NCBI GenBank assembly: GCA_041591895.1 | Contig: JBFHRE010000003.1 | Coordinates: 1 to 55,679 of the forward strand | Source of the DNA: Acidimicrobiia bacterium | GTDB taxonomy: Bacteria > Actinomycetota > Acidimicrobiia > Spongiisociales > ZC4RG35 | Reading direction: 5' to 3' | Length of the DNA stretch: 55,679 nt | In this document: one piece after another, positions 35,335 through 45,326 of the stretch | How positions within the stretch are numbered: position 1 is the first letter of the stretch | Layout: every line of letters starts with the position of its first letter | Notes under the pieces: generated by a model | What the model was told of the DNA's origin: nothing | Seen by the model: only the letters and a program-made list of their open reading frames with translations | Databases searched by the model: none | Program-made: the position numbers and the translations under genes

Positions 35335-37245
35335 ATGGAGCCCGCCGCCATCCCCGCACAGCGCGCCGGATCCGCCCGGATCTGGACCTACGTCGCGCTG
35401 GTCGCCATGCTGGCTACCGCCCTCGTCGCGGGTCCCGTCTCCTCGGTTTCGATCCCCCGACTCGAGATGGAGACGCCGGGCTGGCTGGTGGCGCTCGGGG
35501 TATACCTGGCAGAGATCGCGGTCATTCACATCCAGGTGAGACGGGACACCCACTCGTTCTCGATGAGCGAGGTCCCGATCGTGATCGGAGCCTTCCTCCT
35601 CGATCCCGTGACCCTGATGGGCGCCATCCTCATCGGCAACCTCGTGGCTCTCAGCGTCTCGCGCCGTCAGAGCCCCGTGAAGCTCCTCACGAACCTGTCG
35701 TTGTGTGTGGTCCAGGCGGCGATCATCGTCTGGGTGATGGGGCTGCTGGGAGGAGAGCTGGCGTTGACCCCACGCACCATCGTGGGAGTGATCGCAGGCG
35801 CTCTCCTCGCCAACCTCATTGCCCACGTCCTCATCGTGATCGCCATCGTGACCAGCGGTGGCCACGAACCGTTACGCGAATCCGTCTTCACCCTCGGTCT
35901 CACTTCGGTCGGCTCGACGATGAACGCCATCCTCGGTCTGTTCGGAATCAGCATGCTGGCCGCGGACACCGGGGCCGGATGGTTGGGCCTCGCACCACCT
36001 GTCTTCCTCTATCTCGCGTATCGCGGTTACAGCGTCCAGCGCATCGACAAAGAACGTGTGACCAAGTTGTTCGAGGCCACCCAGGCACTCCACCGTACGC
36101 CACAGGTGGAAAAGGCGCTGGAGAAGGCCGGCACCATCGCCCTCGATCTCGTCCAGGCGACCGGCATTCACATCCTCGTGTTCGGTCAGGAGAAACACGA
36201 CATCCATTACCTCACCACGGTCCAGCGAAATGGCGACGCCTCGATCATGAAACCGGTCATCCTCGACCTCAGTCAGTCACCGTTCTCGGACATCCTCGGC
36301 CGACTCGAACCGTCACGGTTCTCCGGTCAGGTGGAGGATCTGCCGATCATCTCCTGGCACCACGACGCTCTCGCCGCGCCCCTCAAGGGTGAGGGTGAGC
36401 ATGTCGGCGTCATGGTCGCGACGGACAGGGTCGGCGACGTGAGCGGTTTCGACGACCGAGACCTCCAGATGTTTTCGACCCTCGGTTCCCAGCTGGCCGT
36501 GTCCCTCATCAATGGGCGGCTAGTCGAGACGCTCGCCGAGGTCAGGAGGCTGCAGGCACAGCTGGAGGACCTCGTGAGATCGAAGGACCAGTTGATCGCC
36601 TCCGTGAGCCACGAACTCCGAACCCCGCTCACCGGGATCATCGGCCTCGCACAGATCATGCAGGAGATCACTTCAGGCAGCCTCGATCAGGAGGCCACCG
36701 AACTCCTCACGACGATCGTGGACCAGGGCAACGACCTCTCGAACATCATCGACGACCTGCTCGCCTACGCCCGGACCGAGAACGGCAGCTTGACGGTGAA
36801 CGTCAGACCGTTCGACATAGCCGGAGTCCTGACCGGAACACTGAGTGCCGGTCACGGAGAGGTCGACACCTCGGGGGTCGAAGCGGGGCAGGTGCTGGCC
36901 GACCCGATGCGGGTCAAGCAGATCGTTCGCAACCTCGTCACGAATGCGCGTCGATACGGCGGCGAACGAATCTGGATCGAGGTCGAGACCGGTCGGGACG
37001 AGGTTGCCGTGCGCGTGTGTGACGACGGCGCCGGAATCCACCCCAGCAAGGCGGAGTCGGTCTTCGAGCCCTATCAGTCGGCCCATGACCAACGGCTCCA
37101 GCCCGGTTCGGTCGGCCTCGGCCTCGCCCTGTCCCGCAAGCTCGCCCGCCTCATGGACGGTGAGCTCACCTATGAGCGCCGCGGGAACGACACCGTGTTC
37201 AAACTGACCCTCAACCGGGCGCAGTCGCTCGCCGGCTGCACCTGA
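35335..37245 (+). CDS. Membrane sensor histidine kinase (multi-TM + GAF-like + HisKA + HATPase), orphan; paralog of 26451-28472
   Basis: 'KDQLIASVSHELRTPL', 'VRNLVTNARRYGG', 'GSVGLGLALSRKLARLMDG'; shares the N-terminal 'RRDxHSFSxSE' motif with its paralog. Confidence 0.9.
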   Translation: MEPAAIPAQRAGSARIWTYVALVAMLATALVAGPVSSVSIPRLEMETPGWLVALGVYLAEIAVIHIQVRRDTHSFSMSEVPIVIGAFLLDPVTLMGAILIGNLVALSVSRRQSPVKLLTNLSLCVVQAAIIVWVMGLLGGELALTPRTIVGVIAGALLANLIAHVLIVIAIVTSGGHEPLRESVFTLGLTSVGSTMNAILGLFGISMLAADTGAGWLGLAPPVFLYLAYRGYSVQRIDKERVTKLFEATQALHRTPQVEKALEKAGTIALDLVQATGIHILVFGQEKHDIHYLTTVQRNGDASIMKPVILDLSQSPFSDILGRLEPSRFSGQVEDLPIISWHHDALAAPLKGEGEHVGVMVATDRVGDVSGFDDRDLQMFSTLGSQLAVSLINGRLVETLAEVRRLQAQLEDLVRSKDQLIASVSHELRTPLTGIIGLAQIMQEITSGSLDQEATELLTTIVDQGNDLSNIIDDLLAYARTENGSLTVNVRPFDIAGVLTGTLSAGHGEVDTSGVEAGQVLADPMRVKQIVRNLVTNARRYGGERIWIEVETGRDEVAVRVCDDGAGIHPSKAESVFEPYQSAHDQRLQPGSVGLGLALSRKLARLMDGELTYERRGNDTVFKLTLNRAQSLAGCT

Positions 37246-37315
37246 GCGGTCCGGAAGCTCGTGGTCCGGAAGCTCCTTGTCAGGCGTCAACTGGCTCAAC
37301 GCCTCCAGAAACGCC

Positions 37316-38554
37316 TCAGAATTGGTGGTTCTTCGGGACCGCCACCACCCGGTCGGACACGGTGAACCCGCGGGCGGCATCCTCCTCGCGGTCGAAGCCG
37401 ATTCGCACGCCTTTGGGAACCACGATGTTCTTGTCGATGATCGCCTCCTTGACGTGGGCACCCGACTCCACGACAACCCCGTCCATCAACACGGCGCTCT
37501 CGACGGTGGCACCCGGCTCGACCCTCACCCAGGGCGACAGCACCGAGTTCCGGACGTACCCGCCAGAGATGATGGCACCCTGAGACAGGATGGAGTCCGC
37601 CACCTGGCCCGGGCCGTGATCGGCCACAGCCACCACCTTCGCCGGAGGCGCGGTCGAGATGGCGGTGTAGATCGGCCAGTCCTCGTTGTAGAGGTTGAAC
37701 ACCGGATCCACCGACACCAGATCCATGTTCGAGTCGAAATATGCCTCGAGCGTTCCGACGTCACGCCAGTAGGCGTGCTCTCGCTCAGTGACCCCCGGCA
37801 CCACGTTGGTTGTGAAGTCGTAGCAATGGGCCAGGCCCTCATCCACCAGTGCCGGGATCAGGTCACCCCCGAGGTCGTGACGGGAGTCGTTGCGGAGCGA
37901 GTCGCGCTCCACCAGATCCAGCAGCACCTCGGTGTTGAAAACATAGTTCCCCATCGAAACCAACGCGTGGGTGGGGTCGTCCGGCGTCGGTCTGGGATCC
38001 GACGGCTTCTCTCGGAACTTGTCGATCTTTGTGCTCGCTCCCAACTCGATCACTCCAAACGAAGGGGCCTGGTCGATTGGCACCCGGATACCAGCCACGG
38101 TGACACCGGCACCGCTGGCGATGTGGGCGTCGAGCATCTGCCTCGGATCCATCCGGTAGATGTGGTCGGCGCCGAACACGAACACGTATTCCGGTTCTTC
38201 GTCTTCGATGATGTTGATGTTCTGCAAGATCGCATCGGCCGAACCGAGGAACCACCGGGTTCCGAGCCTCATCTGGGCCGGAACCGACGTCACGTAGTTG
38301 CCGAGCAGCGTGGACATCCGCCACGTCCGGGCCAGGTGGACGTTGAGGCTGTGGCTCTTGTACTGGGTCAGAACGACGATCTTCCGATACCCGGCGTTGA
38401 CAAGGTTCGAGAGAGCGAAGTCGATGAGCCGGTACTGACCTCCGAACGGCACAGCGGGCTTGGCGCGATCTCTCGTGAGGGGTAGAAGTCGCTTGCCCTC
38501 ACCACCCGCCAGCACCATCGACAGGATGCGGTTCGGATTCGGGAGCGCTGCCAC
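37316..38554 (-). CDS. glgC: Glucose-1-phosphate adenylyltransferase
   Basis: 'VLAGGEGKRL.PLT..RAKPAVPFGG.YRLIDF', 'FREKP', 'YWRDVGT'. GTG start after GGAGG; alternative ATG at 38587. Confidence 0.96.
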   Translation of the reverse strand: MAALPNPNRILSMVLAGGEGKRLLPLTRDRAKPAVPFGGQYRLIDFALSNLVNAGYRKIVVLTQYKSHSLNVHLARTWRMSTLLGNYVTSVPAQMRLGTRWFLGSADAILQNINIIEDEEPEYVFVFGADHIYRMDPRQMLDAHIASGAGVTVAGIRVPIDQAPSFGVIELGASTKIDKFREKPSDPRPTPDDPTHALVSMGNYVFNTEVLLDLVERDSLRNDSRHDLGGDLIPALVDEGLAHCYDFTTNVVPGVTEREHAYWRDVGTLEAYFDSNMDLVSVDPVFNLYNEDWPIYTAISTAPPAKVVAVADHGPGQVADSILSQGAIISGGYVRNSVLSPWVRVEPGATVESAVLMDGVVVESGAHVKEAIIDKNIVVPKGVRIGFDREEDAARGFTVSDRVVAVPKNHQF

Positions 38555-38632
38555 GGGACCTCCACTCGTTTGCGTTGCCCGCAACATAGTTCGGGACGAG
38601 GCGCCGCCGCCTGCCGGGACCGCTCCGGACCC

Positions 38633-40498
38633 TCAGGCGTTGACGAAGTAGGTCACAGACATCGGCGGCACCGTGAGAACGATCGAATGCGTCCTCCCGT
38701 GCGCCTCCACCTCCTCGGAGGCGATGTCCCCCGGCACGAGGCCGGAGCCGCCATAGAGCGAGTCGTTCGAACAGAGGATCGCCCGCCAGGTGCCACCAGA
38801 AGGGACCCCGATTCGATAACCCTCCCACGTTTCCGGCGTGAAGTTGGCGACCACCAGCACGGGAGGTACCCCTGGCCCCCTCCGCAGGAACGAGATAACC
38901 GAGTGCTGCCGGTCGTCGGCGGCGATCCACTCGAATCCCTCCGGATGGATGTCGTTGACATGCAACGCCGGATTCGACCGATAGAGGTCGTTCAAAGCCG
39001 CCACGAACTTCAAGACGCCCTCGTGCACCGGATAGTCGAGGAGCCCGAATGGGACCTCCCCCGAGTGGTCCCATTCGAATGGGTTGGCGATCTCGGCGCC
39101 CATGAAGACGAGCTTCTTCCCGGGCAGCGCCCACTGGAAACCAAGCAGCGTGCGATACCCGGCGAATCGCTGCCACTCGTCGCCTGGGTTCTTGGCCAGG
39201 AGCGAGCGCTTGCCGTGGACGACCTCGTCGTGACTCAGCGCAAGGACATAGTTCTCGGTGAACGCATACAGGCCCCGGAAGGTCAGAAGTCGGTGGCTGT
39301 CCTCGAACTGGCGGTAGATCGGGTCCATCGAGAAATAGCGGAGGGTGTCGTTCATCCACCCCATGTCCCACTTGAGCCCGAAACCGAGTCCGCCGGCGTC
39401 TACCGGCCGCGTCACGGAGGGCCATGCGGTCGACTCCTCGGCGATCATCTGTACCCCGTCGAAGCGCCCGTACACCGAGGCGTTCAGGCGCTGGAGAAAC
39501 TCCACCGCCTCCAGGTTCTCACGACCACCGTATCGATTCGGCACCCATTCGCCATCTCGCCGCGAGTAGTCGAGATAAAGCATCGACGCCACCGCATCCA
39601 CCCGGATGGCGTCGATGTGATATCGATCGAACCAGTAGTGGGCGGAAGAGATCAGGAACGACCGCACCTCGTTGCGCCCGTAGTTGAAGATGTACGAGCC
39701 CCAATCCGGGTGATATCCCTGGCGAGGGTCCGCGTGCTCGAAGAGATGGGTTCCGTCGAACCTGGCGAGCCCGTGAGCGTCGACGGCGAAGTGCGATGGC
39801 ACCCAGTCGAGGATCACGCCGATTCCGGCTTGATGGAGGATGTCGACGAACTCCATGAACTGCTGCGGTGTGCCATGTCGCGACGTGGGAGCGAAATAGC
39901 CGGTGCTCTGGTACCCCCACGACCCGTCGAAGGGGTGCTCCATGATCGGAAGGAGTTCGACATGCGTGAAACCGGTCCGTTGGAGGTGTTCGGCGAGACC
40001 GCGGGCCATTGACGGGTAGTCCTGTGGTCCCTGCCTCGACCATGAACCGAGATGGCACTCGTACACCGACATCGGCGCGTGGAGCCCGTTGCGCCCGGAT
40101 CGCTCCGCCATCCAGGCGCCGTCGGACCACGTGTAGTCGAGCTTCCAGACGATCGACCCCGTCCGCGGCGGTGTTTCGGCGTGGAATGCAAAGGGATCGG
40201 CCTTCTCGAGCGGATGGCCCCCGCCCCGGGGGGCGATCACGTACTTGTAGATCGAGCCCTCGGACGCTCCGGGAACGCTCGCTTCCCACACCCCGGATTC
40301 CGAAGGATGCAATGGATGGGAGTCCGGATTCCATTCGTTGAAGTCGCCGGCCACCGCCACCGCATGGGCATTCGGGGCCCACACCCGGAAGGTGACCTCG
40401 CCGTCCCCGATCTGTGCACCGAGCACCTCGTACAGATTTTCGTGCTCCCCGCCATTGAAGAGCCAGCGGTCATCGGCGTTGAAGGGTCGGGTCGCCAC
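38633..40498 (-). CDS. glgB: 1,4-alpha-glucan branching enzyme (GH13_9)
   Basis: 'FRVWAPNA', 'SWGYQ', 'LDWVPSHF', 'IRVDAVASM', 'IAEESTAW', 'LSHDEVVHGK'. Confidence 0.96.
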   Translation of the reverse strand: MATRPFNADDRWLFNGGEHENLYEVLGAQIGDGEVTFRVWAPNAHAVAVAGDFNEWNPDSHPLHPSESGVWEASVPGASEGSIYKYVIAPRGGGHPLEKADPFAFHAETPPRTGSIVWKLDYTWSDGAWMAERSGRNGLHAPMSVYECHLGSWSRQGPQDYPSMARGLAEHLQRTGFTHVELLPIMEHPFDGSWGYQSTGYFAPTSRHGTPQQFMEFVDILHQAGIGVILDWVPSHFAVDAHGLARFDGTHLFEHADPRQGYHPDWGSYIFNYGRNEVRSFLISSAHYWFDRYHIDAIRVDAVASMLYLDYSRRDGEWVPNRYGGRENLEAVEFLQRLNASVYGRFDGVQMIAEESTAWPSVTRPVDAGGLGFGLKWDMGWMNDTLRYFSMDPIYRQFEDSHRLLTFRGLYAFTENYVLALSHDEVVHGKRSLLAKNPGDEWQRFAGYRTLLGFQWALPGKKLVFMGAEIANPFEWDHSGEVPFGLLDYPVHEGVLKFVAALNDLYRSNPALHVNDIHPEGFEWIAADDRQHSVISFLRRGPGVPPVLVVANFTPETWEGYRIGVPSGGTWRAILCSNDSLYGGSGLVPGDIASEEVEAHGRTHSIVLTVPPMSVTYFVNA

Positions 40499-40507
40499 CC
40501 AGTCAGC

Positions 40508-41335
40508 CTATCCGGCCGAGGCTTCCCCTGGCCATCCGGCGCCCGACTTCGTTGCAAGCATCCGAAACCACCACCACAGCCCGAGTTGGGAAGCGGAGAA
40601 TGCAAGGCCTCCAACGAGGGCGATCAATGACAGCGCAATGGCTCCGGTCGACACCAGAGATTCGAGTCGATCTAGCACTTCGATCATCGCTCCGGTCGTC
40701 AGCGCAACAGACTCCACGGTCTGCGCCAGATCTCGGAGCCCCGCGCCGACCGTGCCGACCTGTCCCGAGACGGCCTGGGCGTCGATTGCGAGCGCGGTGA
40801 TACCGGAGATGGTCTCGTCGAACTTTCCGGCCTGCTCACGGAGCGTGGACGGGATATCGGCGAGGAGCACGTCGATCTCGGCGATCGATTGGTCGAGTGG
40901 TTGGTCGGCGTCGTAGTCGACGCCGACGAAGCTCAGCGCCCGCATGGTTCGGTCGAGCACCCTGGCCGAGTCCTCGAGGGCCGGTAGCGCTCCCCGCACT
41001 CCATCGAGGGCGGCAGGAACATCTCCTGTGACCACCTGACCCAGGTCTCTCCCGATCCCCGCGATCCGGGCCAGTTCGGCGGAGCCGTCCCCCACCGCGG
41101 ACTCGACCGAGGCCAGCGTCTCGGCAGACGTCTCCAGCGTCACCAGGAGCCCGTCGACCAGGACGTCCAGATCAGCTGCACCGTCTCGGGCGCCCTCCAC
41201 GGACTCCAGGAGGAGGCCCCTGGCACCCAACACCCACGCCGCTCCCCCTATCCCTCCGACCAATCCGACGATGGCGCCCACGAGGAGTGCGATACTCGTG
41301 GCCCGGGCGACACGTTCTGGCGTCATCCGCATCAT
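40508..41335 (-). CDS. Hypothetical membrane protein (N- and C-terminal TM flanking a helical region)
   Basis: Two hydrophobic segments around a heptad-like core; ATGA overlap with the DUF368 gene. Confidence 0.7.
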   Translation of the reverse strand: MMRMTPERVARATSIALLVGAIVGLVGGIGGAAWVLGARGLLLESVEGARDGAADLDVLVDGLLVTLETSAETLASVESAVGDGSAELARIAGIGRDLGQVVTGDVPAALDGVRGALPALEDSARVLDRTMRALSFVGVDYDADQPLDQSIAEIDVLLADIPSTLREQAGKFDETISGITALAIDAQAVSGQVGTVGAGLRDLAQTVESVALTTGAMIEVLDRLESLVSTGAIALSLIALVGGLAFSASQLGLWWWFRMLATKSGAGWPGEASAG

Positions 41336-42210
41336 CCATCATGCCCCTGGTGGGAGAGTCGCTCGACACCCAAGACCAGGACCAGTCCCACCACGCCGAG
41401 CAGCACGGGAAGAATCCATTCCGACGAGTGCGGCGTCAGCAGCCCTCGATCGACGTCCTGCCACGGCCACAGCGCCCGCAGCGACCCGAGCATCAACCCG
41501 ACGAGAGCCGCCATGGTGGTGTCGTGGCGGCGCTCCAGGAGCCGATTCAGGAGAATCGAAAACGAACCGAGTCCGACGCCGGCCCCGAGGACGAAGATTG
41601 TGATGTAGCCGAGGTCACGCTCATCCACTGCACGGAGAGTCGGCTCGTACATCCCTGCAGCCAACAAGAGGAATGCGCCGCTGATCCCGGGGAGGATCAT
41701 GGCGCAGATCGCGATCGCGGCCGCCCCGAAGATCTGGAGGGGACTGGGATCGGAGACGGTCCCTGGCGGGAGTCCGGTGAGGAGGAAGCCGGCCACCGCG
41801 GCCGGCACCGCCACCAGGACGTGTCCAACCGCGGGCTGGGCGATGCGTTTCCAGGGGATCGACACCGAAGCGGCCACCATGCCCAGGAAGAGGGCTCGGC
41901 TCTGGGTCGGGTATCGCTCCAGGAGCTGGGGCATGAAGCGGGCCGCCACGAGGAGAGCGGTGATGATTCCGGCGAATAGGGGGACGATGAGACGCCACTC
42001 GACTCGCCCCAGGTTGGTGCGCACCTCGGCAGGGCGCAGCCGGACGACCGAAACCGCAGCCCGAAAGCCGGACTCGATCGAACCCAGCAGACGCTCGTAG
42101 ATCCCCACGATGAGCGCCATCGTTCCCCCGCTGACGCCGGGGATGGCGTCGGCGGTTCCCATCAAGAGCCCGTCGAGATAGTGGACGGGGCGGATTCGGA
42201 TGCCTGGCAT
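41332..42210 (-). CDS. DUF368 family membrane protein (undecaprenyl-phosphate translocase family)
   Basis: 'MGTADAIPGVSGGTMALIVGIY' and 'ICAMILPGISGAFLL' repeats; 'GSLRALWPW'. Confidence 0.92.
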   Translation of the reverse strand: MPGIRIRPVHYLDGLLMGTADAIPGVSGGTMALIVGIYERLLGSIESGFRAAVSVVRLRPAEVRTNLGRVEWRLIVPLFAGIITALLVAARFMPQLLERYPTQSRALFLGMVAASVSIPWKRIAQPAVGHVLVAVPAAVAGFLLTGLPPGTVSDPSPLQIFGAAAIAICAMILPGISGAFLLLAAGMYEPTLRAVDERDLGYITIFVLGAGVGLGSFSILLNRLLERRHDTTMAALVGLMLGSLRALWPWQDVDRGLLTPHSSEWILPVLLGVVGLVLVLGVERLSHQGHDG

Positions 42211-42292
42211 CCGATCAGGCTATCGACCTCAGGCGCGACCAGCGCAGCTCAACCCGGTTCACAACCCGACTCCGGCTGCGTAGGGTCGATGC

Positions 42293-42973
42293 ATGGCACA
42301 CTTCACACGTTCTACGTTTGGTTTTCTCCAGGATCTGTCCGAGAACAACGACCGGGAATGGTTCAACGAGAACAAGGACCGCTATCTCGCAGCGGTTCAG
42401 GAACCGGCCCTCGACTTCATCACCTCGTTCTCAGGTCCCCTGGGCAAGATCTCCCCTCACTTCGTTGCCGACGCCCGGGCGGTGGGCGGATCCATGTTCC
42501 GGATCCACCGCGACACCCGGTTCTCCAAGGACAAGACGCCCTACAAGGAGAACACCGGGGTTCAGTTCCGGCATGAAGCAGCCAAGGACGCCCACGCTCC
42601 CGGGTATTACCTCCACATCCAGCCCGGAGAATGCTTCATCGGTGTCGGGTTGTGGCGGCCGGAGACTTCGGTCGCATATCAGATCCGCAACCACATCACC
42701 GAGCATCCGGACGCCTGGAAGAAGGCAACCCGGCGAAAGCCCTTCACCGATGTGTTCGAGATGGCCGGCGAGTCACTCGTCCGGCCCCCCAAGGGCTTCC
42801 CCGATGATCATCCCCTGATCGACGACCTGAAGCGCAAGGACTTCATTGCTTCGAGGAGGCTCACGCAGAAGGAGGTCACGGCGTCGGACTTCCTGGAGAC
42901 GTTCACCGGCCACTGCCGAGCGGCAACTCCGTTCATGCGCTTCCTGTGCCAGGCGGTCGGCGTCCCGTTCTGA
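42293..42973 (+). CDS. DUF2461 (TIGR02453) family protein
   Basis: 'NNDREWFNENKDRY', 'FRIHRDTRFSKDKTPYK', 'PGYYLHI'. Confidence 0.92.
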   Translation: MAHFTRSTFGFLQDLSENNDREWFNENKDRYLAAVQEPALDFITSFSGPLGKISPHFVADARAVGGSMFRIHRDTRFSKDKTPYKENTGVQFRHEAAKDAHAPGYYLHIQPGECFIGVGLWRPETSVAYQIRNHITEHPDAWKKATRRKPFTDVFEMAGESLVRPPKGFPDDHPLIDDLKRKDFIASRRLTQKEVTASDFLETFTGHCRAATPFMRFLCQAVGVPF

Positions 42974-44123
42974 CCGCCACCGTGCCCACCCGGGCCACGA
43001 CCACGGACGCCACCACCAGGCCACCGCCGGCCAGCAGCCAGGCGGCGTCGAATGACCAGCGTGAAATCGCCCCACCCATCAGCAGTGGACCGATACCGGC
43101 GCCGAGGAAGACTCCGGCCTGGGTGACGGCCGATGAGGAGGCCGCCATCGATCGATTCGAGTTGACCACCGTGAACGTCATCAGGCCCGGCCAACCCCAA
43201 CCGGTTGCGAAGGCCCCGAGCACGATGGCAGCGAACAGCGGTCCGGTTGCCTGCGGGAGCAGGACGAAGAGCACGGCCCCCAGGCCCGCCATCATCACGA
43301 TCCCTCCAAAACCGGTTCCGCGGCGTCGGTCGGTGAGATGGCCGATCCCGACCCGGGTGGCGATCGAACAGGCGGATCCGGCGAACTGTAGGGTGCCGGC
43401 CGCCCCCTCCGAGAAGCCGGCGTCGACGGCCCCCGACACGAGGAAGGTCCCGAGGGCCACCGCCGCCCAAGTGGCAAACGCGGATCCGAAAGCCAGCGCC
43501 AGCAAATTCCTGGTGGAAAGGACCGACTCCGCTGTTCTCGGCCGGGATTCAATTGCCGAGTGGACCGTAGCCCGCCCGCGCGGGATCCAGAACGACAACA
43601 CCAGGGCCAGCAGGGCTGCGACGCCATAGGCCCACCGCCACCCGAAGTTCAGCACGACCGTGGGAACCGCCAAGCCGGCAAGCAATGTCGAGGCGGGGAT
43701 CCCGGCGTGCTTGGCCCCGAAAACCGTCGCCTGCCGCTCGGGCGAGGTGTGATCGGCCAGCGCCTGGTTGGCGGCCGGATTCGACATTCCGTAGATACCT
43801 GCGGCGAAGACGAGGAGGCCGGCAAATACCCATGTCGACCGGGCCGCGACAGAGATCGTCGCCAAGAGAAGAGCCGTTGCCCGAAAGTTGATCCGCATGG
43901 CTCGTTGCCAGCCGACTCGCTGCACCCAACGTCCGAGCGGAGCGGAGGTGACGGCCGCCGTGAGGAAGAAGGCTGCGGTCAGGGCCCCGAGCCCGACGGT
44001 TCCAAGCCCGAACTCGGGTCCGATCTGAAAGAACGAGGCCCCGAGCAGAAACACGGCCTGCGTGTTGAGCGTCACGACGAGGACCGCGACCAGCAGCAGA
44101 CGCGACACGGAGGGCGAGGACAT
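42933..44123 (-). CDS. MFS transporter
   Basis: About 12 TM; 'PLGRWVQRVGWQR', 'GHLTDRR'; start trimmed to MSSPSVSR. Confidence 0.87.
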   Translation of the reverse strand: MSSPSVSRLLLVAVLVVTLNTQAVFLLGASFFQIGPEFGLGTVGLGALTAAFFLTAAVTSAPLGRWVQRVGWQRAMRINFRATALLLATISVAARSTWVFAGLLVFAAGIYGMSNPAANQALADHTSPERQATVFGAKHAGIPASTLLAGLAVPTVVLNFGWRWAYGVAALLALVLSFWIPRGRATVHSAIESRPRTAESVLSTRNLLALAFGSAFATWAAVALGTFLVSGAVDAGFSEGAAGTLQFAGSACSIATRVGIGHLTDRRRGTGFGGIVMMAGLGAVLFVLLPQATGPLFAAIVLGAFATGWGWPGLMTFTVVNSNRSMAASSSAVTQAGVFLGAGIGPLLMGGAISRWSFDAAWLLAGGGLVVASVVVARVGTVAVRTGRRPPGTGSA

Positions 44124-44152
44124 CGCCCGGATCGTAGGGACGGCTGTACCGG

Positions 44153-44524
44153 TCAGCGGATTCCGGTGTCGTACATGATCTCGCCCAACTGGGTGGTGCC
44201 GGCGGGCACATCGAGGTCGATCTGGGCTGCAGTCCCCAGGAGACCCTCCACGGGTTGGGGAATGATCGCGACCGGCCCAGAGGCCACTTCGACCCGGAAG
44301 AATCCATCGGCATCCGCCCGGGCGATCACTTCCACCCCGTTGGCGGCTACCACCACCAGTTCGGCCCCCTCCACCGGTCGAGGGGCACACTCCGGCCGCG
44401 GCGGATCGGTCTCAACCGGACACACAGGCCCCGCCAGAACCCGGCCCTCCAGCACCGCCAGCGGCACCGGTTCCGGCGCACAAGCAATCAACGAAGCCAA
44501 CAGGACCAATGCCGCTGTTCTCAT
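44153..44524 (-). CDS. Small lipoprotein with prealbumin/carboxypeptidase-regulatory-like fold
   Basis: Lipobox 'LIAC'; 'GRVLAGPVCPVE...CAPRPV...ADADGFFRV...YDTGIR'. Confidence 0.7.
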   Translation of the reverse strand: MRTAALVLLASLIACAPEPVPLAVLEGRVLAGPVCPVETDPPRPECAPRPVEGAELVVVAANGVEVIARADADGFFRVEVASGPVAIIPQPVEGLLGTAAQIDLDVPAGTTQLGEIMYDTGIR

Positions 44525-44561
44525 GCCCGTGGGACGCACAGCGGTCCGGAATGGTTCCAGA

Positions 44562-45311
44562 TCACTGGATTGCGGAGGCGGTGAAAACAGCTCGATCCGC
44601 GAGATCCAACCAGAGGCGAGCCGACCCGGGGTGGGCGGCGGCCAGCGACCTCCAGCGGGCGGCGGCGTTCTCGAACAGGGCTCGCAGATCATCGGCTCGC
44701 ACCACCTCCAACCGATCGCGGTCCTCGGCTCCCAATGACACCGCGGTGGCGTCGAAGATCACGGTGCCCGAGCCGAGCTCGGACAACTCCTGAGGGATAC
44801 GGGGCGGGAATGGCCCGATCGAATCTTCGCCGGGCGCGGTGAGCCCTTCGCCGCCGGACACCGCCGGCGCGATCCGGAACCCTTCTCCGATCTCGAGCAT
44901 GAGGTCTCTCGCTCGGTGACACGGATCGCGCACCTCGGGATGACACCGCCCCGCAATGTCGGCCCACGGGACCGCCCACGCCACGATCCGATCGCCGAAC
45001 AGAAACCGCCGGTTCTCGTACGCCTGGGTGGCGACGATCGGGTCATCGGCCAACCAGGCCTCGGCCTCCGCTCGAGCAAGCCCAGCGGCGAAGCGGGCCA
45101 GATCCGGCAGTGAGGTTGACGGGAAGTCGAAGCCCCAGCGACGGCCGCGGCGCCCGAGATCCGTGGTCGGGTCGAAGCCGGTCACCTCTCTCTCGGTGGG
45201 ACCCGGCCGCGTCACCGAACCCGCAACGCCCTCGACGAGTCGGCCGAGCTCCGACCAGGCCTCGAATTCACGCCGAGCGGAGTCGGCCGCCCGGCTCATG
45301 TCAGCGGCCAC
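44562..45311 (-). CDS. Divergent TorD/DmsD-like molybdoenzyme maturation protein
   Basis: Directly downstream of the Mo-enzyme gene; helical; 'SLPDL...RRFLFGDRIVAWAVPWAD' resembles the TorD C-terminal helices, but the canonical E-P-x-D-H motif is not intact. Confidence 0.55.
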   Translation of the reverse strand: MAADMSRAADSARREFEAWSELGRLVEGVAGSVTRPGPTEREVTGFDPTTDLGRRGRRWGFDFPSTSLPDLARFAAGLARAEAEAWLADDPIVATQAYENRRFLFGDRIVAWAVPWADIAGRCHPEVRDPCHRARDLMLEIGEGFRIAPAVSGGEGLTAPGEDSIGPFPPRIPQELSELGSGTVIFDATAVSLGAEDRDRLEVVRADDLRALFENAAARWRSLAAAHPGSARLWLDLADRAVFTASAIQ

Positions 45312-45326
45312 CGACAGAGGAACCGC

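Noticed and set aside
37247-37276. Two-copy 15-bp direct repeat (GGTCCGGAAGCTC core) between convergent genes
   Set aside because: Only two copies with no associated element or recognisable function.
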